NCBI GenBank assembly: GCA_002269645.1
Contig: NIVC01001246.1
Coordinates: 62,001-126,000 of the forward strand
DNA: 64,000 nucleotides
From: Macrostomum lignano
Lineage: Eukaryota
Direction of reading: 5' to 3'
A program made the translations under genes and the position numbers. Below the pieces are notes generated by a model. That model searched no databases. It was not told the DNA's origin and worked only from the letters and a program-made list of their open reading frames with translations. Position 1 is the first letter of the stretch. Each line of letters starts with the position of its first letter. Of this stretch, positions 26,401 to 38,529 are shown piece after piece.

Positions 26401-27975
26401 ATAATTACCATCAGTTAAAGTCATTGGAGGTCCAATTAAAAAAAGCAGTGTATCGAATACCAAAAAGCTGTTCAAGATGGCGAGTCTGTGGTGAAGCAAC
26501 AGAAAGTAGATCAAGCCTCTGAGCACGAGTCTCTTATGAAACAGCTGGCTGAAGTTGAAGCAAAAAATCTCGCTCTTGGAAACGAATCAAAGCGAGTGTG
26601 TGAAGATAACGATCGGTTGAAGTCCTCCGAGGCACAAGCAATGGAGCAGGTCTTTCAATGCAAAAAAGATGTTCAGAAAAGCGAGTCTGAAATGGATCAG
26701 CTGCAACAACAAATCGCGGACCTTGCAGCAAAAAATCTGGCTCTACAAGAACAGGTGAATCAGGCTAGTCTGAATAGTGATTCCTTGATGAAGCAGCAGG
26801 TAGATAAAATTGCTGACCTTGAGAATACAAACCTGGCGCTACAGACAGAGCTGAAGTCAATGCAGGAGGATAAAGATCGTTTATTATTAGCTGAGACTCA
26901 ACTAAATCAGCAGATAACTGAATATATGGAATCCACCAAGAACATCGAGACACTGATGGCGCAACAGAGTGAAAAAGTAGCTCAACTGGAATCAAAAAAC
27001 CTTGAGCTACAAGAAGAGCTGAAGCAACTGCAGGAGGATATCGAGAGGTTAAAGTTGTCTGAGGCTCAACTGAAGGAGCAGTGCGCACCGCACAAGGAAG
27101 ATATTCAAAATAGACAGACTCAAATGGAACAGCAGAATAGTCAAGTTGCTAAACTTGAAGCCTCAGGTCTGGCTTTAAAAGAACATTTAAAACTACTGCA
27201 GGAGGATAACGAGAGGTTAATATTATCTGAGACACAACTGAAAGAGCAGATTACTGAATACATGGAAGCCATCCAGAACATTAAGACACTGATGGAGCAA
27301 CAGAGTGGCGAAGTATCACACCTTGAATCAAAAAATCTTGAGCTACAAGTCGAATTGAAGCGACTCCAAGAGACAATTTCTGGGGCTCAGCTAAAAGAAC
27401 AGTGCACTCAAACCAAAGAGGCTACTCAGAATAGCATGTCAGAGATGGAGCAGAAGAAAGATCGAGTAAATGAACTAAAAGCTACAAATCTAGCGCTGCA
27501 AGCAGAACTCGATAGATTACAGGAGGAAAACGATAGTTTGAAGTCGTGGGAGGCCCAACTGAAAAAGCAGTGCACCGAATGCAGGGAAGAAATTCAAAAG
27601 GAGCGCACCAAGTCCAGCAGCGCGCAACAGGAGCTGGCGAAGTTCAAAGAAATCTGTAGAACGCAGAGGACCTACATGGATCGGTACAAAAGCGAGCTGG
27701 AAAGTAGCGTCTCGATGACACGCGCTCGCGAAATGGAAAGCACCATTGCCGAATTGACCGATCGGCTAGGTCGGCATGCCGAAGAGTTCGACAGCAAACT
27801 GATGGCAGAGAAACGAAAACAGGAGCAGCTTTATAAGAAATTTTGCGAGCAATCTGATCTCAGGTTGAAAGCGGCGCAACAGTTGATCAAACTGAATGAC
27901 GAATTGGCTAGAGTACGGCAAGCAGCTGCTCAAGTCGGGGAGCTGAAGCAGTCAACACTTGAAAACGATGATTAA
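23430..27975 (+). CDS. Divergent coiled-coil family member 6 with ~12 x 56-aa internal repeats; two 1-nt frame discrepancies (pseudogene or assembly error)
   Basis: Exons 23430-23530, 24916-24989, 25067-27975. ORFs 25101-26522 and 26488-27975 join if one A is removed from the A7 run at 26438-26444. The exon 2/3 junction is also 1 nt out of frame. Confidence 0.7.
24253..24500 (+). mobile_element. tRNA-derived SINE, copy with internal deletion of the central domain
   Basis: B-box ggttcgattcc; body ctgtaaaatgggtgccagcattag...ggcgacccc...gccgtacgcagcc shared with copies at 28111 and 48108. Confidence 0.8.
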
Positions 27976-28110
27976 TTAAAACGACTTAAATGAGAAGTGA
28001 ATTTTGTTTTTATTTTAACATTATAACAACAGCTAGTAGGTTTTTTAGAATAGTTACGAACAGTATCCCTGATGTATCCAGGCTAGGCAAGTATCTAATC
28101 TAATCAGGCA

Positions 28111-28355
28111 GGGGTTGTAGTCTAGTGGTCAGAGCGTCGGACACACGACTAAAAGGTCGGAGGTTCGATTCTCGATCCACTTGGAACAATTTGTGTCCTT
28201 GAGCAAGACACTCAACTCTGCATTGCTTCAGTTCACCCAGCTGTAAAATGGGTGCCAGCATTAGCCGGGGTAATTGAGGGTGTGTGTGGCGACCCCCCAG
28301 TCCTTGGACTGAACAGCCGTACGCAGCCGTCAGATGCGCAGCGCAATAGCAGGTG
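28111..28355 (+). mobile_element. tRNA-derived SINE with CORE-like central domain
   Basis: A-box tagtctagtgg, B-box ggttcgattct, then tgtgtccttgagcaagacact...cagctgtaaaatggg, resembling the MIR/CORE domain. Confidence 0.85.
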
Positions 28356-29007
28356 TGGTCAATATTCGTTTTTATCTATTCAAATGCGCCTCAATTAGCT
28401 TCGGTTTAAAATTGTAAAATTGCCCTTCTGTAGAAAAGACTCTTTTCGATGTGAAGACACGTAGCACCCAGCAACATATTTCGAAAAATGATTCGTTTTT
28501 GTGGAATTGTAATCTGACTGTAATACAATTGCTCTCTTTGACATGCTATACATAGGTACTACTGTACACTGAGAATAAAAAGCATTCGATATGGTCCTAA
28601 AATAGAGAAGTAATGAAGAATTAATTCAAGTGTAACAAAAACAATTATTCTGTGTACCATGTTGATCAATCAAGTGGATAATTCCATTCAAAATCAGCAC
28701 CAAGTTTAGGTAGTTAACCAAAAAAACTTGTTTGCTATTTTCAAATTGATTCTCGTTTAACCGGAGAGCGAGAGAGATTCTTAAACGGCTGGTTTGGAAT
28801 GAAATCTGTGAAAGTTCCAAAGTTGTGAAAGCTGGATTTTTATCAGTTTGATTTACTTATTGTCTATGGCCGAGAGCAGTTTTGTGGCAGTGGCTGCTAC
28901 AGTACTACATGTAGTAATCAAAGCGTTTCATCCGTATATATACTAACTGGTTATGGTTAGGGTTCAATCATAAAATTATCGTCGGATCAACCATACGTAA
29001 AATATTA

Positions 29008-29180
29008 ATGGGGGAATTGCTGAGATGCATGTACCTAGAATCATGAGGAGATCGCTGAAATGGCTCAGGGGGAATCGCTGGAATGTCAAGCTTTATAAAG
29101 GGGATTTTAGAGATTTTAATGCTCATGGGGCATTGCTAAAATTGCTAAAACCAAAGCTCAAAGGGAATGCTGGAATCTTA
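29008..29180 (+). repeat. Degenerate copies of the ggggagttgctgagatg minisatellite seen at 41525-42062
   Basis: ggggaattgctgagatgc, ggagatcgctgaaatggctca, ggggaatcgctggaatg. Confidence 0.5.
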
Positions 29181-29634
29181 GGCTAGATGGCTGGCTTTCA
29201 GATTTTTGCTTCTAACATCATTTTACTGAAGAGATTAACAATTGTGACTGCACAAGGTCAAAACCTACATGAGAACTTTTCCAGCATTTTATAATTTAGA
29301 AATGTTTTTAATTCTAGAGTTTAACGTTTAGCTCAGACAGGTCGAATGAAAAATTTGCAAATGTACTTGAGCAGCCTACAGTCTACAAGCGTATGGCCAA
29401 CTTTCTTCATGCGCTGACAAACTCCAACAAGTGTCTAGGAAGTTTTTTGTGTCTGTCTGTGAAGCTCTGGGTGTTTGTGCAGGGCTTGTTTTAGTTTTCA
29501 ATTGAGTTTATGGTTTTGGCACTCACCGGTCATTGCTATCTGATATTCAGCGCTTCTGCGCATTTTGAGCGTGGGTACTGCATGGCTTCAAGCTTCAAGA
29601 GGTTAAAGAAGCAGCCGTACAAGGAACTTCTGTT

Positions 29635-30137
29635 CAGGGCGTAGCCAGGAATTTTGATTGGGGGGGCCGTGAGTTAGGGGGCGCCAGCTTCTTATAGGGG
29701 GGCGCCAGTTTCTTTTAGGGGGGGGGCGCCAGTTTCTTATAGGGGGGCGCCAGTTTCTTTTAGGGGGGGGCGCCAGTTTCTTATAGGGGGGGGCGCCAGT
29801 TTCTTATAGGGGGGGGGGGGCGCCAGTTTCTTATAGGGGGGGGGGCGCCAGTTTCTTTTAGGAGGGGCCGGGGCACCAGTTTCTTTTAGGGGGGGGGGCG
29901 CCAGTTTCTTATAGGGGGGGGGCGCCAGTTTCTTTTAGGGGGGGGGCGCCAGTTTCTTTTAGGGGGGGGGGCGCCAGTTTCTTTTAGGAGGGGCCGGGGG
30001 CACCAGTTTCTTTTAGGGGGGGGGGCGCCAGTTTCTTATAGGGGGGGCGCCAGTTTCTTTTAGGGGGGGGGCGCCAAGGCCAGAGTTGGTGATTGGGGGG
30101 GCATGGCCCCCCTTGCCCCCCTCTGGCTACGCCCCTG
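29635..30137. mobile_element. hAT-type MITE with internal G-rich minisatellite
   Basis: TIRs cagggcgtagccag / ctggctacgcccctg; perfect 8-bp TSD cttctgtt at 29627-34 and 30138-45; internal (G6-12)cgccagtttctt(t/a)tag repeats. Confidence 0.9.
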
Positions 30138-30710
30138 CTTCTGTTAGACAGTATTCGATCGTATTATATAATACTAATTTGTCGTCAATAAATTGTGAAA
30201 CAAAACGAGCTATGTAATGGATAACTTTATTGGGATTATTACTACTATTTACTAAAAACGGTGTGAGTCAATTGCTTAATACCGTGATATACTACTAAAA
30301 GCAGTAATAACGATCCTGCCAGTACTTTCAGTCTTCTATGCATCTCTGCATGTCTATCCAGAGCTTCAGTACCTTGAAATTTAGGAGTACATTAGTCAGG
30401 AAAGACAGGAGAGTATGAAGAATAGAATTATGGAAACCCATTTGAACGCAAAACTGAGCGCACTGAGCGCTCTTAGATGTACAAAAGAAGCGCCAGTTTA
30501 GATGTACATGTACTACAATGCTGCGAACCCAAACCTCTCACCCATCTAGCATTGTAGCTGCAGTGTCCATGATAAAGGCTTGGCGAATGAGCGGTGCAGA
30601 GCCCTTTTTAGTTAATCTTTTATAGAAAATTGAAGCATACTTAATGTCCAATGACATAAATTTTCTGACTGCAGCATCTCAACATCCTTCTATAAGCTTG
30701 ATAAATGCGA

Positions 30711-32334
30711 ATGGCTGCAGAAGTGACAGTTGAAAGCGAAGAAAAAACTGATTTGATCAAATCGTTAACCCAAATTATGGGCCAATCTAAGAGCCTTCAA
30801 AACTCTCAGTCAAGTTCTGTGTAAGTCGCTATATTTTGAATTGTTTGTTTAATTTTTTGTCTATTTGTCGACCTCTTTGATGAGTTAGCTTAATTAATAA
30901 ACATTTATTTGTTTTCGTTTCTTTCCGTATCTTACTGCTCTTGTGTGTCTTGACGTCATGAATGTTGTTGTTATTGTTGTTTTTTGTTGTTATTTTCGTG
31001 GTTGTTTTTGAGTTTTTGTGATCTTAGTCGTTTTTTGTAGTCGGAATTATTGTTTAACTGTTGTGAAGTTGACGCATATTGCCAGTTTGATACTCGATTT
31101 TTAGAGAGCATGAAGGCGTAAACGAACCTAATCGGCAGTTGACACAACAACAATGTTCTGCTACGAGTATATCAAATTCATTGGAGTCATCCGAGGGCAT
31201 GTAAGTTCTGCGTTCATTTACTGATCCAAACAGTATGCATATTAAAGGTCAAAGAGATATTAACTACTTTTTAGACAGAACAAGCCAAAACAAGAAGAAA
31301 ATAGACATCATGAGGACTGTGTGGACGGTAGAACAGATGATACTCTTAGCGAAAGTCTACCCAACGAGCCAATAGAGGAAAAACAGAAAATGGAGAAGTT
31401 GGAACAGGAAAATTCTCGTTTCCACAAAGGGATAAAGAGTATGGAAAGTGAAGCCCCTGTGAAGGAATTGGAACAAAACAATTGTACAATGGCTGAAGAG
31501 CAAAACGAAGTTCAAAAGAAGCTGAACATGACGGATGCGCAGGTTGGTGATTTGAAGCTCTCAGAACTTCGGGACCAGCGTCTTTCACAAGATGATTCCA
31601 GCAAAGAATCAAATTCCACGAAAACCAGCATCCCGCAAGATGGAAACGAATCCGGTTTCCGTGAATTGCAGGCTCCAACGTCGTTATCTTTTAGTCAAGA
31701 ATCTGAGACACGCGTGATGCCACAAAGTCCTCCCACGATCGTGGTCCATGATCGACTGGCCAAAGCAATTCATTCTGACCAGCACCAGACTGAGCAGCCG
31801 GCAGATGACAGCAAGTCTCAGTTGGAGCAACTATCGCAAGAAAAAGCTGACCTTGAAGCAAGCAAACTGCAACTGCAGACAGAACTGGACCGGCTGCGAG
31901 AAGAGAACCACCAAATTAAATCTTGGCAAACGCAACTTAAAAAGCAATGCGACGAGTACAAAGAGGCTATTAAAAATCAGCGTACGGAACTGGAAAATAA
32001 GCAGCGAAGCCTAGAAGAATTCAAACAAATCTGTCAGAATCAGAAAATTCATTTAGCTGAGTACAAACGTCAAGCTGAGGAGGATCACTCTCTGATGCTG
32101 AACATGAAGGGCACTATTGGCGAGTTGATTAAGCGGCTCGAACAGCACGCGGACGAGTTCGACAGCAAACTGATGGAGGAGAAGCGAAAACAGGAGCGTC
32201 TATACAAGAAGCTGTGCGAGCAGTCTGAACTCAGGCTGAAAGCTGAGCAACGCTCAGCCCAGCTAAATGCGAGTGTCGAGAAGCTGAGACGAGAGCTGGC
32301 TGAAACTTGGCAGCTGAAAGAATCAACTGTATAG
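30711..32334 (+). CDS. Divergent coiled-coil family member 7, ~421 aa
   Basis: Exons 30711-30820, 31105-31200, 31275-32334, phase 2/2, in frame. C-terminus TIGELIKRLEQHADEFDSKLMEEKRKQERLYKKLCEQ is homologous to member 6 and to paralogues 1, 2 and 4. Confidence 0.8.
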
Positions 32335-33222
32335 CACACCTAAGCTGCTTTGATTTTTCGAAAGTGTCTCTCTGAATGCATGAACTTCATTCAGTTCATT
32401 ATTTCTTTTAATCTAGTTCGCTTTTGCATCCAACTAAAGTCTGAATTCAGTCACAAATTGGAGACAGTATTGACAATTCAGTTGTACCTGTATCTCAGAT
32501 ATAGTAACTTTTGTTTAACCTGTTGCACTGATTTCGAAATTTTCTAAAAAACGTATGATACGCTTGTAACTTTGCCTAAAAGTCGATAACACGGATCCTG
32601 CAAGCGTAGCACAGAAAGTTATTCTATTCGAAAAACAATTAAAACTAAATAAATCTTAACAATATTCGTTACAATACATTCAAATCAGTGGAATTAAACG
32701 GTCACATATCCACTGTCTTGTGTAATAGTTAATTTTCGACGCGATTCAATTTCTTCTAGCAAGTTTGACTGGTGTTGAACTACTGAAAATAATAAAGGCA
32801 AAATCTTAAAAATTTCCCATCGATGTACTTTGTTCAAACTGCTTAAATCCAGCAAATAGCTATTGTTGAGATGTATTTCATGAACAAAAAACAGCACCAA
32901 TTGAACAGGGATCGTAGCTTGTACACTCTAACTCTTTCGGCGTTGGCTCAATCATTTTTTAAGCTAAATCATTGAAAATGGAAGTTTGAGAGGCTGAATG
33001 CTGTCTCCGTTATAGAAAAATATTTTAAAGTGTTTGCAAAAACAAAACAGACTGTATACTTTAACAGGCCATGGAAGTGTGCAGGATACGGGCAGAAAAT
33101 ACAGAGCTTTGTTGTTTTGGTTAAACATATTGGAAGCGCATTTTGATTGTAATTGTAAAGAGCATCAGTTAAAATGTAAGTTCGGTCCAGTTACAGTGCG
33201 CAGACTGGCTAACGGTTTAGAG

Positions 33223-35468
33223 TCACAGACGCTTGCTTCGAACTTCAAGGCTGGCCTCCACAGTGACGGTGGCCGCGGGACGAACTCGAGGATCCTGCAT
33301 CGGCGGCTTCAGGCTGCAAATTATAAAATCAGAGTTGGGTTGTTATGTGACAAAACTTTTGGGTGTAAGGACGCTTCCTTTTACAGAGCATGAGTCAGCC
33401 ACTTACTTGACATTCGATCGGCCATTGACAACAATCAGCGGATTGACACTGCTGAGAATCTCGTCATTGACAGACACGCCGTCGAGGTACTGCTTGAGCA
33501 GACTGCGCAGTTGCATATTCTCAGACATGAGCACCGACTTCTCCTTGTCAAGAGCCAGCTTGTCCAGCATCACCTTGTTGAATCGGCGCCAAAACTCTTC
33601 CAAGTTCTGGTAGCGACGCATCGCCGCTGCCAGAGGCTCGTTGGGCTCCTCCTTCAGCGCCACCGCGACGTCGTCCATCTCTTCGGGAGTCAGCGAAGTT
33701 GCCGGGAAAGGCAAGACTTTCTCCTCTTCCGTTTCCAGTTTGCGACACATCTCGGCTGTGAATTTATTGTTGTAAGAGCTTGAATGACTTTATGGTTTCT
33801 GGGACATCATTTACTGTCTAGCCTACGAGCAAATAAAGAAACAATTGCATTTGGCAATTACATGTATGCCCGAAAATCTAAGGAACTTTCAATCATTCAA
33901 CTCAGGGGCGTAACCAGGTGGCAAGGGGGGATGCGACCCCTCGATGGCGCCAGATAATGGCGTTTCCAAATTTCTGCCTCTTGTAAGTGTCCATTTTAAA
34001 AAGTCTGGCTATGCCCTTGATGCAGCTGATGTACTTGTATAGAGTTGTTTTTTGTTAGAAATGATCTTCACTAAAGAAAGTTTGAATGTAAAACGAAACG
34101 AGTGCAATGGATCATTGGATCAGCTGACGTAGGTAATGTAAGTTCAATTACACTTCAAGAATTCTCACCCAGCTTGAGAATCCGATCAGCCTTATCGCCC
34201 TGCCTGCGCAGCTCCTTGAGCGCACCGTTGCTTTCAAGCGTCATCTTGGTGAGCTTCTCTCGCTGCAATTCGCGAATCTTGTTCATCTGAGCTTTCAGCT
34301 GCTGGAAGTGCAGCATCATCTTCTCGCGTTCCTCTTTTAGCATTCGATTGCGTTCGTCATAGGTACGCGAGTTCAGCGCCATCTTCTGCTTCACGGCCGC
34401 TATCTGGCTGTTAATCTTCTGCAGCATCCGCATCTGACGCTCGATCTCGTTTGATGATCGCTCGTCGCGCTGCTTGTAGTCCTCGAACATGGCCTTCTTG
34501 TCTCGGGTGGCTTCGTTGTACGCCTTCTTGGCGTCGTTAAACTGGTTCCAGTAGTCGTCCACTTTGCCCTCGAGCAGGATGCGGAGAGAGTGCTTCTCCT
34601 CGTTGTTCTGGGGATGGATTTAGAGTGAAAATAAAGTAATGGCGGCATGACCAGATATGAATATGGTCGTGTGAATTTTTTGCTGGTAACTTCTAGAGCC
34701 TTGACAACGTCCCCTGACCGTAGCTACATGCAATCAGCAGGCTTACCTTATTTTTAATTTCATCTCGCATGCTCTGAAACTCCGCCCTGGCGTCGACCTC
34801 CTTTTCCATGAAGCTCTCCTCCAGTCCGTACAGCACATCCTGCAGATCCTTCATGTCACGGTCCTGTTGCTCGCTTACATAGGCCTCCTCTGAGTCGAAT
34901 TCCTCTCTGATTATCTCCTTCTCCGCGTGGTACTCAGACGTGAGCTTGCTAACGCGCCGATTTTGAATGTCAATTAGCCGGTCGACATTCTGCAGGTGGG
35001 CTCGCACCGCCAAGCTCAGCTGGTCGTCAGCCTCTTCGATATCCTTCACGAGTGACTTGAGCACGCTCTCCTTGCGGTCAACAACTCGCTCGAATGTCTG
35101 ACTAAGGATTTCAATATCGCGCTTGAGCTCCTTTGACTTGACCTCGCGCATGATGTTTCGCCACTGGTGGTTAAGCTTGTACTGGTTCAGCTTGGAAAAC
35201 TTCTCTTCGTGGCCAATTTTTCCCTGAATGAGTAAAAATGTCGTACAGTGAGAATACAAGAGCTCTTATGAGTAATTTACTGCCGAAAAATTGAATAGCA
35301 ACGAACCTGCAAGTAGGCGCTGAGGAAGTCCTCCCTCTGCTTGCGAAACTCCTCTTCCGCTAGCCGCTGCTGCTCCAGGTAAAGCATCCTCTCCTCTTCT
35401 GTCATCTTGGCTAGCTTGCCGGATCCTTTCTTCTTCTTGCCCTTGCCTTTCTTTCCCTTGGGTGGCAT
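33223..35468 (-). CDS. CCDC65: Dynein regulatory complex subunit 2 / coiled-coil domain-containing 65, ~505 aa
   Basis: Exons 35468-35307, 35223-34747, 34607-34169, 33755-33407, 33313-33223 with consistent phases. Motifs QWRNIMREVKSKELKRDIEILSQTFERVVD and AEMCRKLETEEEKVLPF are characteristic of DRC2. Confidence 0.9.
33903..34019. mobile_element. Short degenerate MITE of the caggggcgtagccag family in a CCDC65 intron
   Basis: caggggcgtaaccag ... ctggctatgcccttg; flanks attcaact / atgcagct match at 6 of 8. Confidence 0.55.
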
Positions 35469-36784
35469 TTTGCTGAAATAAAACGACAAAATACTTAAAA
35501 TCTGTTTATGGCTGTTTAACTTAGGGTGAATTGGGGAAGAAGTTAGTTTGTTTTTTAAACAGATTTTTAAAAGTCATGCATATGCAGGTACTGTATTTAT
35601 TTGCCTTCCAGATTATAAAAATTAATCCGAAAAGGATAAGTGCTTCAGAAAGTATTTGTAGGAAATTTCCTAAGCTACAAAACTGAATGAGAAGTTTAAA
35701 AAGCAGTCTTATTTGGCACTATATAAGCCAAAATGCAAGCACAAAAATGTTTATGAATCTCAATGATTTTTTCTTAATTTAAAGATTGAAAGAAGTTTGT
35801 CAGTTTAGTGATAAAAATAGAGCCAAACAACTATTTATTTAAATAATGTAATGCTGTCATTAGTAATGTATGCAAAATTGCTTGATTTTAGTGGCTTTCT
35901 AGGGTATATCTTTATTTGTTTTATAAGGTAACGAACAACTTATTTCAATTTTTTCTTTTAAAGATTAGTATTTTTCGAACATTGACGATTGTTTGTATAA
36001 AAATTATTAACATAGGTCTGTCCAGTTATTGGTGAAAATAATGTATATATCTATTTCTAGTATTAGAAAAATCGACCAGGAAACACATAAAGTAAAACAA
36101 TAACAAAACCTTTGCCGAAGTCACAATCAACCTCGGTTACAGATGAACCACTGTAGGGAAGCTTTATTACTTTTATTAGCTTATTACTTATTAATTTATT
36201 ACTTATTACTTAGCTTATTAATTCTTAGCTTTATTACTTCTATAAATTTTACTAAAGAATGATTCTTGACCTTTTCCAGCTATATGTATAAAAGATAAAT
36301 TCATTATTCTTTGTTTTCGGTTCCATGATTAAAATATACGCAAAAGTATACTTGCAGACAGCCTTGACAAGAACTAATACTAAAGAAATAATGTTCTAAC
36401 TGCCTAAATAATAGCAAAAGTGTTGTGTGATTCTTGATGTATGATGCAATATTCATATAATTCATCTAAGAATCTACAGAAGTTGCAGCACTTTTGCTGC
36501 GCTACATAAATGAGAGATCTTTTGAAACTGAAAAGACAGAAAAATTGTGCTAGCAACAAATGTTTACATTTATTAAAAATCGTTATTTAATAACTAAAAT
36601 AACTTTAATATCTTTATTTTGCATTTCTTCAATCCCTCTGCGGTAATTTTGTATAAATTACGAACATTTAGTTTTACTTTTTACAAAAAAATTATTTAAA
36701 GTTGATAGATAAATGAATGTGCATATTTGCAAAATTTGCATAAATATTGCGCACTTGCAAAATACTACATCTTTTTACAAAAAA

Positions 36785-37180
36785 CGCTCTTTCAAATACC
36801 TTAATAATTTTACAAATATCGTAACTCGCATCGCAACTCGTGTAAAAATTTAACCTTTTGAACAAATTTAACCTTTTGAACAACTAATGCTAAAATAACT
36901 TAAATACACAGAAATATACTGGCCAAACAGGCTTCTTGCCTGAGCCAACTTACTACTAACTAACTTACTACTTACAACTGCATAAAATACCGTAAAAATT
37001 CTGGCGCGCTTTCAAATACTTTATCTTTTACAATAACTCGTCTTGCAATCGTCGTCAAATCGTCTTTATAAACCTCTTTTTCGAAAATTTTTCCAAATAC
37101 ACAGCTCTATAATATATTGGCCAAACAGGCTAATCGCCTGAGCCAATTTCTTACTACCTACTACCTACTACATATTTGAC
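36785..37180. promoter_or_regulatory. Imperfect ~200-220-bp tandem duplication in the probable divergent promoter between CCDC65 and FBXL15
   Basis: ctttcaaatac at 36789/37009 and ggccaaacaggct...gcctgagccaa at 36921/37119. Lies between head-to-head genes; a gtgagt donor follows near 37224. Promoter role is inferred. Confidence 0.45.
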
Positions 37181-37772
37181 GTCCGCGATCCGTCCGTCAA
37201 TCAATGATAGCTTGTTATTTGTGAGTGAGTAGTGACTTGACTGATTGGATTAATTTTCGTTTTTAAGTTTTTAGAAATTTTGAATGATATAGGGTATATG
37301 CCTAGGTCCTATCATATTACGTTAAGTAACAATCGTTATGTTAAGCCTAAAGGGTAAGGCTTAAATGTTAAGAAGTTAGGCCTATAGGCCTAGTATAGGC
37401 CTAGGCTAGGCCCTATAGCCAGCCCAGCAACTTAATGAATGTAATCTGACTGTAGACAGTATTTATTTTACCAACCACATGATTCGATTTCATACCACCA
37501 TTGATAATGATGTTTTATAGAGATCATGTTTTAAAGATGTCTGTCTTGCATTGGCCTAGGCCCTACTGGCTACTGCTTACCTTCCTAGGGACATAGGCCT
37601 AGGCCTAGGCCTACTCTAGAATATTTTATTCATTCCAGCACTTTCTGATGTGCATTTGGCTTGGCAAGCATTCCATGCATTGGCCTAGACTTTTCTCCTT
37701 TCTCCTATATTTTTTGTTAGGTCTATTCTAGGCCCTATTTCTTCTATTTTAATATTTTTGCCCCCATGACTA

Positions 37773-38529
37773 ATGGAAGTGCTTATCCCCACAGTCTCGT
37801 GCCAGTGGTGCTGATAATTTTAATTTTATCTACATGGATCTATGTCAATAATTTCTAGCTTATCCCCACAATAGCTTAGGCCTATTGAAATAGTTACCAC
37901 CATTCAAGTCTATAACTTATAAGCAGTGTCAATAAGCCTAGGCCTAAGTCTAATTTTATCCACACAGACAGATCTGTGTCAATAATTTTTAGTTTATCCC
38001 CATGGCTAAGATTGTGCAGTTGTTTGTGTTTAGTTATGTATACTAACATTAACTAAATCAATATTGCCATTATTATTAGTATTATTATCATTATTTATTA
38101 TTATATTTTGAATTTTGCAAGTAAGTCTTATTTTCCTCAATCTTAGTGACTTAGAGTCTATTTAGTCGTTCTAAACAAGTTTGGTAGCTAAGCAAATATT
38201 TAAAATTAGGCCTACTAACCCTTTTAATAATGAAAAAGTTTTAACAAAATACTTGATATTATTAAGTATTTAGTAGTTTCTTGGGAAGATTTATAAAACA
38301 ATGAAAACAAATAGGCCTAAACAGTTTTTGAACAGATTCATCTTAAGGTTCTCTATTCTAATTAGCTGTCATAAAGATGAGCTAGAAATTATTGACATAG
38401 CATATAGACTTGATTAGTGGCAGCTATTTCAATAAGCTGCCATGTGGATAAGCTGGAAATCATTAACACAGATCCATATGGATAAAATTAGAATTATTGG
38501 TATAGGACTAAAGGGATAAGCACTTCCAT
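37773..38529. repeat. Degenerate inverted repeat, arms 37773-37866 and 38446-38529
   Basis: atggaagtgcttatccc...taattttatc...atggatct...agcttatcc aligns with the reverse complement of the right arm. Confidence 0.75.

Noticed and set aside
26430-26450. Programmed ribosomal frameshift at TTA AAA AAA G
   Set aside because: Restoring the frame needs +1, not the -1 such slippery runs promote; no stimulatory element seen; an indel is simpler.
28111-28190. tRNA genes at 24253, 28111 and 48108
   Set aside because: A/B boxes run directly into a shared non-tRNA body and no complete cloverleaf is apparent; these are SINE heads.
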